DNA of 64,000 bases, taken from NCBI RefSeq assembly GCF_000002075.1, contig NW_004797710.1, positions 102,356 through 166,355 on the forward strand, written 5' to 3'. Made by a program: the position numbers and the translations under genes. Numbering within the stretch: position 1 is the first letter of the stretch; each line of letters starts with the position of its first letter. Positions 1 through 14,400 of the stretch are shown in pieces. Origin of the DNA: Aplysia californica. Taxonomy: Eukaryota. The notes under the pieces were generated by a model. That model saw only the letters and a program-made list of their open reading frames with translations, was not told the origin of the DNA and did not search any database.

Positions 1-198
1 AGTAGTAGTAGGCCCACTGGAACATTTTATAAACCGTGAAAAGGTGACCAGAAAATAAAAAAATTATCTTATGATCTTCACTTGCACTTGCAATTTTTTG
101 GAAAAATTATAGTCTACCTCATTATCTTTGTTTTTCACATTTTTCTTCACTATTCATGACAACTGGCATGTATTGTTTTCAGTTATTATCAAGAAAGT

Positions 199-1028
199 GG
201 ATAGGCGGACCACGGGGTCTATCTAGCCAAAAGGATAGGTGGACCCCGGGGTCTACCTAACAAAACGTTAGGTTTTAGGATGTGAACCCCGAAGTCAGCG
301 TAGTGAAATAAGTAGATCTAGGTTTAACTAAGGATCGGTGGACCCCGGGGTCAACATAGTGAAATAAGTAGATCTCAGTTATTTTATATTAGGACTGGCG
401 GAGCCCGTGGTCAACGTAGTGAAATTATAAGTAGATCTAGGTTTAATTAATGGATTGGTAGACCGCGGGGTCAACATAGTGAAATCAGTAGATCTAGGTT
501 TAAGGATTGGTGGACCCTGGGGTCAACGTAGTGAAATAAGTACATGTAGATCTAGGTTTAATTTTAAGAATTGGTGGACCCTGGAGTCAACCTAGTGAAA
601 TAGGCAGGTTTAAGGTGGACCCCAGGGTCTACCTAACGAAATACTAGTTAGGTTTTAGAACAGGTGGAACCTGCGGTCACCGTAGTAAAACAAGTAGGTT
701 TAATCAAGGTGTCCACCAATCCTTTTAATTAAACCTTCTTATTCCTCTACGGCTGTGGTGACTCCGAGGTCCACCAATCCTTTTAAAATTAACCCTACTT
801 ATTTCACTACGGTGACCCCGGGGTCCACCTGCCCTAAAACTTAGTATTTCGCTAGGTAGACCCCGGGGCCCGGGGTCCACCTTAAACCTGCTTATTTATC
901 ACAACGTTGACCCCGGGGTCCACCAATCCTTACTTAAACCAAACCTTATTTCACTACGGTGACTATGGGGTTCACATCCTAAAGCCTTGTAGTATTTCGC
1001 TCTGCAGACCCCGGAGTCCACCTATCCT
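199..1028. repeat. Foldback-type element: two inverted arms, each made of ~60-bp tandem units carrying a GACCCCGGGGTC palindrome
   Basis: Left-arm units read GGTGGACCCCGGGGTCAACGTAGTGAAATAAGTAG. After ~700 the units are reverse-complemented (CTTATTTCACTACGGTGACCCCGGGGTCCACC). AGGATAGGTGGACCCCGGGGTCT (~232) mirrors AGACCCCGGAGTCCACCTATCCT (~1006-1028). Confidence 0.8.
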
Positions 1029-1351
1029 CTACAGGACTAAACTATTATCAATTTGCAATTTTCATTGATTAGCATATTGTTTTAAAATATTGAATCAGAG
1101 ACTCGCTGTCTAAAAAGTCCACTGCTAATGTTATTTTTATCAAAGAAAATGGCAATATTTGATTTTATGACATGTTTTAAAAATATCCCGAAAATAACAT
1201 AAAATNNNNNNNNNNNNNNNNNNNNNNNNNNNNNNNNNNNNNNNNNNNNNNNNNNNNNNNNNNNNNNNNNNNNNNNNNNNNNNNNNNNNNNNNNNNNNNN
1301 NNNNNNNNNNNNNNNNNNNNNNNNNNNNNNNNNNNNNNNNNNNNNNNNNNN

Positions 1352-2130
1352 GGCCACCTCTATAAAACGGCCACCTGTACAAACGGCCACTTTCCATTTC
1401 CCCCCTTGCGTTTTTTCTATATAATTTAACTGTGTAAAACGGGCACCTGTCCAACGCGGCCGCGGCCACCATAATTTAACACACAACCCCTATCATACTA
1501 AGCAATAACACCTGTCTAAGACGGTCACCTTGGTGACTCCATTACGTTTTGTCATAAATTGTGCATTGGCCCCTGGCGTTGTGGGCGAGCCGTCATAATT
1601 CAATCACCTGTCGCTGATGTTAGGTAGTCCCTCCAACCGATCATGTTGCGTAGGCCCCTCCCACTGTTGACCAATAGCTACCAATTTTCAGCTGCTGGTG
1701 AGGTAAGCATGTGATCCCTCATAACCCATAAGCCCCGCCCAGAACTCATACACAAATCGTACGTGAGATGAGTGGTCACTGTTTACCCAGTCTGTAACAA
1801 AGTAACAAAGGACGTCAACATGAACTTGTTACAGAAGCGCCACTCGTTCTCCGAGTGGTGGCGACCCATGTGTTTGTTTTAACATGGCACTCAGTCTTCC
1901 TTGTCTGATACATTTCGTTTTATTGTCACCCTTGTGCAAAATCATCGACAAAAGAAAAATTACAAACGAAATACAAACCAACAACAACAACACCAACAAA
2001 GACAACATAATGGGGCTACTTTCGATTGGGGCCTCAGATGGGAATGGTTTGTTTTCTTTATCTTGATCAGTCCTGCCTAAGACGGCCACCTGTCTTATAC
2101 GGCCACTTTTCTCCTTGACAATTGGTGGCC
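1352..2130. mobile_element. Non-autonomous DNA element (MITE-like), family A, copy 1; both ends in gaps
   Basis: Repeated (A)CGGCCACCTGT motifs at both ends; colinear similarity with 55785-56400 and 58860-58950. Confidence 0.7.
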
Positions 2131-4667
2131 NNNNNNNNNNNNNNNNNNNNNNNNNNNNNNNNNNNNNNNNNNNNNNNNNNNNNNNNNNNNNNNNNNNNNN
2201 NNNNNNNNNNNNNNNNNNNNNNNNNNNNNNNNNNNNNNNNNNNNNNNNNNNNNNNNNNNNNNNNNNNNNNNNNNNNNNNNNNNNNNNNNNNNNNNNNNNN
2301 NNNATACTAAAAGAGGCTTACAATGTAAATTCTGTGCTCTACAAGCAGAGAAAATCTTAAGTTTGCGGAAAACAGATTTTAGAAAAAAAAGTTGGATCTA
2401 ATTATTTTAATAAAAGTAAAAGTGATTGTTTTGCTGAGATTTGTTATTATTAACTCTGGAAATACAGTTAGGCCTAGTTGCTGAATCTAAAAGTAACTAG
2501 AACTGTGCAATTCGTTTTATTTCAATTCCAAAGCCCAAAGGCATAGCAATAAGTTAGATCTAGATCTAGCAGTTGTGGGCTCTCTGGCTGCTTCTAGCAT
2601 AGGCCTGCTACTAGTACTACTGATTCTAAACAGGGAATCTAGATCTAGCTATCGCCTGCACTATTAAAGTCAAATATAATATGGAAAATAAAAACAAAAC
2701 TGAATTTTTTGTCAGTCAGTACATCCCAATTGCCACAGCCGCACGTATTAATTAATAGTTGAATAATGCGATACCAAAGCAACACGTTATCACAGTGTGC
2801 AGGGGAGAGCGAGGTACCCGTGTCGCTGACCGGCAGTGACCGGTCGATTCGGTAGTTCGGCTTTTGTAGATCTAGCCTATGCATTTTTTTACGGAAAGCC
2901 CTATTAAATAGATCTAGATCTATTAGTGTTGTGAAAACTTCAACCTCTACAGCTCAGGCGTCAAAAGATGCTGGAAAATAATAATACGTCCTGAAGTTTC
3001 ATAATTTATACAGAATAACACAGTACACAGCCAGTAGTTTTTATTTCATCGAGTTATAAAAATTGCCTTGTTTTCAGAAGCAAATTTTAATAGATCTAGT
3101 TCTAGTTCTACCGAATCGATTTTCTAGCGAATTCAACCATTTTGATGATCTTTCTTTTCCTTTTAAAAAGATCTAGATCTAGGCCTGTCGGATGTGGCAG
3201 TGCGATTAACACTGAGTTGTTTAGATCTAGATCTAGACCCATCAAAACACCAGGCTTCGTGGCCGATCACAAAAGTCTACGGGGCTTATCAAGGCCGATT
3301 CGCCCTGTCGCGAGCACGTTCACAAAACTGTCTACGTGATAGAATCTACTACCAAAGATTCTCTACACGATCTTTACTACTACATGTACTACTACGACGG
3401 GACAGTACGAGAGAGTCACAGAGTGTCACTCAGGTAAAGATAGTGTAACTTTGACTCAACCACGTAGGCCTAGTGTACACACTTTTTATACCCCAAATTT
3501 AACCCGGAAGTCCATTCGGAGGATTTGACCTTTTCACTTGACCAAAAGATAGTAAATAACAAGATGGGCCACTCAGCCAAAAAAGTGTCCGCAGGAAGTA
3601 TGCTCTTTGCTTCAGGTGGCGCTGCAGTCTGTTTTGAAGCTCTCTTTCGTTTTTCCAGAAGAATAGGAATAGCACCTCCTTGCGTGCACAGATCGACTGC
3701 TGTTCATCAGCAGTTCGGGTTCGTTCAGTGTGGAGTTTTAGGTTTTTTTTTATTTTAATGACCTCCCGCCTTTCATTCTAAAGTCAAATTAAAAGAAGAA
3801 AACAATCACCCTTTCCTCCGGAAGAGGTTTTTTGTCAGCGTAACCATTTTAAAAAAGCGTTCTTCCGAAATTTATTCAAAAACTTGCTAGTTTCACTTTG
3901 ATTCTTTAAACTCAAGTAGGGTAACTCTGTTCGCAAAAGGTGCGCTTTTGTGAAGAGGGCGCCACCGAATTTTGAGGACACTTTTTTATTTGGCTCAAAG
4001 AGAGAAGTGGCCCCTCTTTTTATGTAGACTCTTTGACTTGACCAAAGTGTGCCAAAATGGTAGCCTAGCTTTTGCCCCTCCATGAAGGAAAAATCTGGCC
4101 CTCATTCAAACCATTGGGATTGAGCAAAATTTTGCGTATATTGTGCTTTGTTCTTTACAATCATTATGATTATGATTTATAAGTTGTACACTGAGACAAA
4201 ACCGTACTAAATGAGAAAGGTGCACCATTATGAAAGTGGAACGAACTCAGTTGCCTGAAAAGGGTAGTTTGAGCATGTGTGGCCTAAATAAGCTAAACCC
4301 CCCTCCCTTACCTTATTTAGGCCATATGTGGCCTAAATAAGCACTCCCTTTGCATTATTGGCTTTTATGTGTAAAACAATATATTTAAGGCCTTTTCTGC
4401 ATTTTTGTGTATTTTTGGCAGCATGTAGGCCTATAACAGGTGTTTGAATTTTATGTGCAACTGACACATTCTCCAATCTCATGTATTTGTTAGACTCGCA
4501 CGTGCTTTAAACAAAGCATAGATCTATATGTTGTACACACTATATTTCACTGGTGCAAACACAGAGATGAATTCTTAAAGTGAAAAATACATGTAATACA
4601 TTTCCTCAATTTAAACTCAATTTATTAATCTCTTTCTAGATTAGTAAACTGGAGAAAAGGCTTACAT

Positions 4668-5591
4668 TCCCAGCCAGCATGAAAACGGCGGCCAGAAATC
4701 TACTCGATGTAGGACAACGATAATGTCCGACCTAGGACACCTATTGCCCGCTGCAGGCGGCTGGAAATCATTTGCTCCTACTTTTGCATGTCGGCCCTAA
4801 GTTGACCACTCCGTAGCGTGTAGTGTCAGCCCGACGGCGGCAGCCAACCTATTCATTATTTGCCAATGGCGACCCTATATTCTGTTTCATATCGGGTCTA
4901 CGTCGGCCAAGCCGTCACGAATTGTAGGCCTCAGGGCGGCTACTGACCTATTCATTATATGCCGATGGCGACCCTATGTCGAACTGCCGGATTTTTATCA
5001 CCATTCCCACCCCCCTACATCCCTCCTCCCCCTTCCGAGATTGACATAGCAACAGGATAATACAAATAGAAGCAAAAGTTATGTGAAGAAAATCAGATTA
5101 AGTACGGTATGGTAATTGGAAGAAAAGAAAAGCTCAGAAAAGGAGGAACACATACACAAGTGACAAAACTGTATAGAACTACATTGTAAACTACTATTAA
5201 TATGTTTATTTACAAAGCAGATAGAAGTTGGTCAAAAAACATAAAAAGTAGCATTGTTGGTGGAAGAAAAATTACCGTCACAATATCACCGGGATTACGT
5301 CCCCTTTAGTAACAGCATCACACATTCCTTTTATTTTAATGAAAAATGAAAGTGTGATGAACAATGTTCATATAGAGTTGACATAGCCTACATTTGTGTA
5401 AAATAAAATTGTTGACAAAAATAGGTTTCGCTTTTGTAAACTAGGCACAAAGATTACATTCATAGTCAAGCTATGATCATGAAAGTGAAAGATGAAAATT
5501 ACAGTAGACTCCGCTTAGTGTATAACGTTTTCTGAGGTCCTTACTACACCTGATCTTTCTTCTTTGTGCACATTCCCTCTTTTTCTGTCAT

Positions 5592-5631
<40 letters not shown>

Positions 5632-7093
5632 AAAATAATCTAATATATATACATATACTATGATATACTTTGCAACCTCATATACCAAGAGTCTAAAAAA
5701 GAGGGACCCATATTTATTAAAGGGCAAAAAGTCAGTTCTTAGGATCAGTTTCAATTTAAAAACTTAGCACAATTTTTTTTTAAAATCATAACTGTCATTT
5801 GTGCATCAAGTTCAATAAAACTTTGCATAAATTCAACCAAGGGGACATCAAATTTGTTAGTATGAAAACAGAAAAAAACTAGTTTGAGAATAAAAGTTTT
5901 TAAAATTCCAATCAAACCTGCTGAGAAAACACAAAACTTTACATAAATCTTAAATCAACCATTATATTATAATAACGTGTACTAAAATGTACATTAGATA
6001 GGCCAACAACAATTAATGTATATAATTTATTTAAAACTGACAGTGTTAATGTTATAGACCGACTGTCTTCCTTTTGGGTTTTATATGTTTGTTGGGTTGT
6101 TGTTGTTTTTTCTTAGAGACATGAGTCAAGGAAATAACCCACATACAGTCGAATAGTTGAAACTCAATGGTGAACAGAAGTTCTGTTCAACATTGAGTCA
6201 TTGAAAAGTCCTGAGAATCAACCCAGAAACGTGCCATTTCAAGCTGTATAAGAGCTCTAGAGAGACAAATGGTCAACAACTGGACAGCCACCCCTTTCCC
6301 TGAGATTATTTCTATGTCAATTTTGAATAAATTCACATTATAGTTCATCAAACAATCTGAAATCTCAGACACATGTATGAAGAAGGAATGATTACAGAGA
6401 TAAAGCAAGAAAGATCGAGATGAAAATTTATCAAAATTATTTTGCGCGTAATGTAAATCCCTCTTTTCTCTTGTGAATCTCCATCTCAAAAGGGGTACAA
6501 TATCTTAAGTATACTGTAAACAAATAAAATATCAACTGCCAAGAAATAACAATAGTGATGATGCATTTAATTTATCTAACAAAAAACCCCAGAAGGAAGA
6601 TGGACATAAGTGACAAAATTGTTTAGAGAACTGCATTGTAAATTATCGAACATTTTTTTATGTAGCCTAGCAGCTCAATGTTAACGCGTTATAAAACCAA
6701 CAGACACATTGCCTGCTGCACGTGACTGTTTTCAAAATATTAGTGAAGTCTTCGCTTTTGGCTTTGCATCTACTTTTTTTTCTTTTTCGACACTTTCTTT
6801 AATTTTCTGTGACTGAGCTTGATAACTCTTACCTGATTTTTCATTCATTCTTGTTTCATATTGTTCTTTCATTTAACCATCTGTAGCTCAACTTTTCCTT
6901 TTTTCATTCTGGAGAAAAGCATTTTCCAGCTGTATCCTACCTACTGAGGAGACTTTTTAAAGTCGAAAGATCTTATTTTAGCTTGAAGCTCTGGGCATTC
7001 TGCAGAGCGTTCAATTACCTGCTTTGGGCATGTTTTTTTATATTTGTGTTAACAATTTCAAAGGGCTTGTGTGGTTTTGTTTTTAGAAGTAGC
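4668..7093. mobile_element. Terminal ~2.4 kb of a putative CMC/EnSpm-like element, copy 1
   Basis: Similarity to 7338-10110 starts sharply at CCCAGCCAGCATG (fits the CMCWR terminus). Subterminal repeats (ACCTATTCATTAT...GCGACCCTAT twice). Ends at an N gap. Confidence 0.55.
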
Positions 7094-7337
7094 NNNNNNN
7101 NNNNNNNNNNNNNNNNNNNNNNNNNNNNNNNNNNNNNNNNNNNNNNNNNNNNNNNNNNNNNNNNNNNNNNNNNNNNNNNNNNNNNNNNNNNNNACTGCCG
7201 CGACCAATGTACTGACACTGGCAGGCCCCTTAATGTGTGTGATTCCATAATTTACATGTAATGTCCTGTACCTTTTTTTTTTAAATTACGCACATTTAGG
7301 GTTAAAATAGCCTATCTTCTTCGGACAGGTGGACACA

Positions 7338-10300
7338 CCCAGCCAGCATGAAAACAGCGGCCAGAAATCTACTCGATGTAGGACAACGATAATGTCCGAC
7401 CTAGGCCAGCTTTTGCCGCTGGAGGCGGCTGGAACTCATTTGCCCCTACTTTTGACCGGCGGTCCGAAGTTGGCCACCCCGTAGAGTGTAGTGTCAGCCC
7501 GAGGGCGGCAGCCGACCTATTCATTATATGCCGATGACGACCCTATATTCTGTTTCATATTGGGTCTACGTCGGCCAAGCCGTCACAAAGTGTAGGCCCC
7601 AGGGCGGCGGCTGACCTATTCATTATATATGCCGATGGCGACCCTATGTCGAACCGCCGGATTTTTATCACCATTCCCTCCCCCCTCCATCCCTCCTCCC
7701 CCTCCCTCCCTCCTCCGAGATTGACATAGCAACAGGATAATAAAAGAAGAGATAGAAGCAAAGTTATGTGAAGAAAATCAGATCAAGTACGGTATGGTAA
7801 TTGGAAGAAAAGAAAAGCTCAGAAAAGCAGGAACACATACACAAGTGACAAAACTGTATAGAACTACATTGTAAATTACTATTAATATGTTTATTTACAA
7901 AGCAGATACAAGTTGGTCAAAAAACATAAAAAGTAGCATTGTTGGTGGAACAAAAATTACCGTGATTACGTCCCTTTAGTCACAATATTACCTGGATTAC
8001 GTCCCCTTTAGTAACAGCATCACACATTCCTTTTCTTTTACTGTTAATGAAAAATGAAAGTGCGTACATGAACAATGTTCATATATAGAGTTGACATAAC
8101 CTACATTTTGTAAAATCAAATTATTGACAAAAATAGGTTTCTCTTTTGTAAACTAGGCACAAAGATTACATATCGTAGTCAAGCTATGATCATGAAAGTG
8201 AAAGATGAAAATTACAGTAGACTCCGCTTAGTGTATAATGTTTTCTGAGATCCTTACTACACCTGATCTTTCTTCTTTACAAATTACTCAGTTCCCCTGA
8301 CATAAACTCATCTGTAGTCGACTGTAAACAGTTGGGTTTTTTTTTACGGATAGGTAGAGATCTTCATAAGCAGTGCACACAACAAATTCATGCTCTCAAA
8401 ATCTAGCATTTTTCTATACAAAAAAATATATTTTAAAAAATAATAATGATTTATAAAACGAATCTAGCACTCCTCACAGTGTTGCTCTTTGTGCTCAACA
8501 ATGTGCACAACCAAACTGAAAGTGAATAAACATGATATCTAATGTTTACAATGGTACAGTACAACCATAGACTCATCAGTCATCAGTATCACACATTCCT
8601 TACTCTCATACACATGTAAATGTAATCTCTTTGTGCATATTCCCTCTTTTTCTGTCATTCTCTCTCTATATATATAAAATAATCTATATACATATACTTT
8701 GCAACCTCGCATACCAAGAGTCTAAAAAAGAGGGACCCATATTATTAAAGGGCAAAAAGTCTGTAATATAGGATCAGTTTCAATTTAAAAACTTGGCACA
8801 ATTTAAACAAAAATCATAACTGTCATTTGTGCATCAAGTTCAATAAAACTTGGCATAAAATTAAACCGAGGGGACATCAAATTTGTTAGTATGAAAACAG
8901 AAAAAAACTAGGTCGAGAATAAAAGTTTTTAAAATTTCAATCAAACCTACCGAGAAAACACAAAACTTTACATAAATCTGAAATCAACCATTATATTATA
9001 ATAATGTGTACTAAAATGTACCTTAAATAGGCCAGCAACAATTAATGAATTTAATGTACATAATTTATTTAAAACTGACTGTGTTATAGACCGGCTGTCT
9101 TCCTTTTTGGGTTTTATTTGTTTGTTGGGTTTGTTTGTTTTTCTTAGAGACACGAGTCAAGGAAATAACCCACATACAATCGAATAGTTGAAACTCAATG
9201 GTGAACAGAAGTTCTGTTCAACATTGAGTCATTGAAAGGTCCTGAGAATCAACCCTGAAACGTGCCATTTCAAGCTGTATAAGAGCTCTAGAGAGACAAA
9301 TGGTCAACTACTGGACAGCCACCCCTTTCCCTGAGATTATTTCTATGTCAATTTTGAATAAATTCACATTATAGTTCATCATACAATCTGAAATCTCAGA
9401 CACATGTATGAAGAAGGAATGATAACAGAGATATCGCAAGAAAGATCGAGATGAAAATTTATCAAAATTATTTTGTGCGTAATGTAAATCCCTCTTCTCT
9501 CTTGTGAATCTCCATCTCAAAAGGGGTGATCTTAAGTATACTGTAAACAAATAAAATATCAACTGCCAAAAAATAACAATAGTGATGATGCATTCTAACA
9601 AAAACCCTAGAAGGAAGAGGGACATAAGTGACAAAATTGTTTAGAGAGCTGCATTGTAAATTATTGAACATTTTTTTAAAATGTAGCCTAGCAGCTCAAT
9701 GTTTACGCGTTATAAAACCAACAGACACATTGCCTGCTGCATGTGACTGTTTTCAAAATATTAGTTAAGTCTTCGCTTTTGGCTTTGCATCTGCTTTTTT
9801 TCGTTTTCTACACTTTCTTTCATTTTCTGTGACAGAGCTTGACAACTCTTATCTGATTTTTCATTCATTCTTGTTTCATATTGTTCTTTCATTTAACCAT
9901 CTGTAGCTCAACTTTTCCTTTTTCATTCTGGAGAAAAGCATTTTCCAGCTGTATCCTACCTACTGAGGAGACTTTTTAAAGTCGAAAGATCTTATTTTAG
10001 CTGGCAGCTCTGGGCATTCAGTACATTCAATTACCTGCTTTGGGCATGTTTTTTTATATTTGTGTTAACAATTTCAAAGGGCGTGTGTGGTTTTGTTTTT
10101 AGAAGTAGCAGCATGTTCCTCAATTGTGTTTGTGTTCATTTTCTTTGACAAAAGTTTCTGCTCAGTGACTATTTTTCTTATTTTTTCTTATTTTTCTTTA
10201 ACAAATTGTTGTATATTCACTAAACAAAAGATCTGACTTTTGAAATGTCTGCATCATCATTGCAAATTAGTTCCTCAACCCACAAAGGTACAAAATCTAC

Positions 10301-11450
10301 CCCCATTTTCTACCTCTCTTTGGACTTAAATGAATTAGATCTCAATAATATTTTCGTTAGTCAAGCTTTTATTCCCAGCATTTAATTAAACATGACCTGC
10401 AGTTAAAAATATGTCTTGTTCCGTCCATGTCACAAGCATCCAGGGAAAAAGACACAGAGTTCAGTTTCAGTGGCCTCAACAAAAATTCACACAGGATGTC
10501 ACTTTCCAGAGTCAGTATTTTCTGCACCACACATTCACACTTCCTGACCACACAATCTGGTGTCAAAGACGAATTAGAAAAAGGTTTCTGAAACCACTTC
10601 GCCACTTATCAATTCTTTTCATGTTCCCTTGTTCTCCAACTAAGTGACGGATTATGAAAATCTTGTTGGTAGCAGGAACATCCAGAGGGTCTGGCTTTCT
10701 CCCTTTTCCAGGATGAATCATTGTACATTTCTGCATCTGTGGATCAAAATCATACACAAAAAGGTTTAGATAAATTCTGAAGCACAAAGGACATACATAA
10801 TAAGTTTTTGATTCTGTGGATCAAAATCACATGATACGGTACATTTAAATTTAAATTCTGAAACCATTACAGTTTTAGCAATTTCTAGAATAAGACAACC
10901 AAATTTTCTGTAACCTTTATCAAGCATCTTAGGATTAAATGTTCTGAGTAAAAATAAGTCATGAAATAATATGACAATGACATGTGATTAATGTCAAGAT
11001 CTACTTTTATGCCAATATTCTACAACTGTACACTGGAAATCTAGCACAGAAATCTCATTCCCTAATGCTATGAGCTAAAAACACCAACATTTTTCATAGT
11101 CTTAGAAATGGATGATGAAGACTTGAAAGTCAATCCCAGCTTCCTCTTCTTTGTAAATACGCCATGAGATCTGCAATTCCATTAGCATAAATGGTGAAAC
11201 GAAATATTTCGAAATGCTAAATAAAAGAGCTCTTTTACTGCGAAATTGAATGATGCAGTAAGTTGGAATCTATTCTCTTTCAAAATACCAACAAGTACAA
11301 GTACTACAAGAGAACTTACCAATTGGTTTCTAAATAGCACTCCAGGAGTCATTTTGCGTGTTGCAGTTGCAGTGTCCGAAGAGGCAGTAGGCTATCCCCA
11401 CCAATGCTGGCCCCCGCTATACTTTTCAAAATCCACTCTGTAATGTGAAT
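7338..11450. mobile_element. Same element, copy 2; longer, with decayed minus-strand coding sequence
   Basis: Colinear with 4668-7093, plus ~350 bp (about 8279-8630) absent from copy 1. Minus-strand A-rich, stop-interrupted coding-like stretch at ~9770-10790. Right boundary uncertain. Confidence 0.5.
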
Positions 11451-14400
11451 CAAGAATAAATATATAAATTCAGTTAGAACTGTCAGGAAAAAATATATTA
11501 GTGGATGTAAGTAATACACATGAACATTAAATGCTTGTACTATTATTGTGGGGTCAAAAATTCGAGGCGCAACTTATTGTTGAATTTCCCTTAACTATCA
11601 AACATACTCTCCATCTTTTGCACAATGACTGGTATCAATTTTTATCAACATTTTTGCACAAACCTGTCAGTTGTATTTTCGAAAGTTCCTTAATAACACC
11701 AGTGGGTGGTTTCTACAGATTATAAAAAGGTTTACAACTGGGGTAAAATCGCAGCTTATTGCTTTTGAAAGCTAGTCGGTCATCTTTTTCTAGTCGCGAC
11801 ATTATGCTTATTATTGAAAACATTTGTTTAGAGAGCCCTTAGTAGTGCCAAAGCAAAAAGTATATGATCGCGAAGTTATAGTTTATTATAGTATTTTATA
11901 TAATCTCTGAAGAAAAGTTTTTTAATCTTGCTTCAATTGTTGTGGGAAAATATAATTATTAAGTTAAAAACAAATTGATACAAACTTCTGAACAAAGTAT
12001 GGGTGACACTGATTCTCCTGTTAAAGAGAAATTTGAGGATAAGTTGCGCCACAAACTTCTGACTGCACTATTATTATACTATAGGTCTTAAATTAGAAGC
12101 TTCCTCAGGTTAAAGTAAAGTTGACCTTACAAATCAGAATGGAAAAGTCTGCTTCAAAAGCAGGTGGATTTTAGAGACTATTGACCTGATCCACGTAAAG
12201 AATTTTAACCTCACTTGACAAATAAATCATACATTTCACTAACTACAGGAATAAATAACCTAGTCAACCCTACACTCTAATCACCAAATATATATGTATC
12301 AAAGATATATATTCATGTCTTTTTTGTGGCATATTTATATTTCAAAAACCTGTTTTCCTTTCGTAATGAATGATATGAAACTGACCCCCAGCTCTTCAAT
12401 GAAAAGTAAGCGTGGCCATTTTGTTTTCTCTACTGAAAACCAGTACAAACAAATCCATATTTTCAATGTATCTAGGCCCTAAAATAGACTACAATTTCCA
12501 CAGAAGACCGTAAAAACAATAAAAAAAATATTCATCTATTTCTCAATCAGCCACTTCAATCAGATCAACATTGTAACTTCACAAATATAAATTAAAGCCT
12601 TGCAAAACTAAACAGACCTTTCGGCTTCAGGGCAGCATCTGCAGTAAGTCCTAAAATTCTACCAGTTCAATAAAAAAAACCCAAAAAATGAAATTTGTTT
12701 TAGAGTCTAGAGAAGTACATCTCATGCGATAGAGGGTGCTGTTACGTATCTTTCACAAAACACTAAATTTTGAAAATATAATGTATCTTGCAGCCTATTC
12801 ATTGACAGTGCAACGGGGTAAATTTACAGTAGTTAAATATGGACTGTACAAAACTGAGACAGTTAGTGGATGGCAGATGGGGGTGTAAGGGCGCAAATAT
12901 GTTTATAGGAGATTCTTTTTGTACATTGGCTAAACCTGGCGGAACAACGTGGTTTGACTGTTATATAATATTTATGTTCCTACGGTAGAGTCGACTGCTT
13001 CACTGTCTCTCCATCCACAGCTCAGCTCGTCATACGTTCAAAAGTTGCCCACTGGTCATGTTTAGTTAGTGTGTGTATTAGTTAGTGTGTGTATATGTGC
13101 ATGATGGTGGTGGGTGTTACTGAAGGTTGTCTGTAGGCGGGCTTGCCATGTGGTGTTCCTTCCCAGACCAGAGGCAGAATGAAAGTTGGCGCCGAACTCT
13201 CGCAATAATAAATAGGCAAAAAATCACTAGACCGGAAGCTGGAAACCGTTCGGAGAAATAGTCACTTTGTAAAAAGAATCTTATTCGGACTCGAGTCCGA
13301 ATATGAAAAAATGTTATTCGGACTCGGGTCAGGAAAAAAGGAAGTGTCTTTGTTCTATAGATCTAACGTTCAGTGCTTCCAATTTTCCGCCATTTTTTAG
13401 TTTCCCCCACACCTTTTCTGCTGATCCTATGCTCGCCGCCTCATTGATAAGCCCCCCCTACCCCCCATGTTTCCCACTTTCTTTGTTGTAGAAAAAGGTA
13501 AAATTGAAGATTAGCAGACCACCTGGCACCTGCATATTATGAGCTGTGTAAAAAAAAAAAAAGACCGATTCGTTCAAATACACAAGCCTGTGTCATCTCG
13601 ATTGTTTACCAAGAAAAAGTTGTGTTGCTGTGAAGAGCTGAGCATACGGCAACTTTTAATTCCTGTAGACCAGCACACAATTCATTACGTAGATCTACGT
13701 CAAGACTAGCTTATTATTGTAATAATGATCAGTTGCCGGGGGGAAAAAGACTGACGCGTATGCGACGTTCAGCGCCCGGACCGATAGTGCTTCCCGACAT
13801 ACACACAGCCACACATGTGCAGGCCGCCCATCCGACCCTGACACACGCTAACGAGCCATCTTTAATTGCTTCTGATGACCTCTTGACAAATAAACATTTA
13901 TTANNNNNNNNNNNNNNNNNNNNNNNNNNNNNNNNNNNNNNNNNNNNNNNNNNNNNNNNNNNNNNNNNNNNNNNNNNNNNNNNNNNNNNNNNNNNNNNNN
14001 NNNNNNNNNNNNNNNNNNNNNNNNNNNNNNNNNNNNNNNNNNNNNNNNNNNNNNNNNNNNNNNNNNNNNNNNNNNNNNNNNNNNNNNNNNNNNNNNNNNN
14101 NNNNNNNNNNNNNNNNNNNNNNNNNNNNNNNNNNNNNNNNNNNNNNNNNNNNNNNNNNNNNNNNNNNNNNNNNNNNNNNNNNNNNNNNNNNNNNNNNNNN
14201 NNNNNNNNNNNNNNNNNNNNNNNNNNNNNNNNNNNNNNNNNNNNNNNNNNNNNNNNNNNNNNNNNNNNNNNNNNNNNNNNNNNNNNNNNNNNNNNNNNNN
14301 NNNNNNNNNNNNNNNNNNNNNNNNNNNNNNNNNNNNNNNNNNNNNNNNNNNNNNNNNNNNNNNNNNNNNNNNNNNNNNNNNNNNNNNNNNNNNNNNNNNN

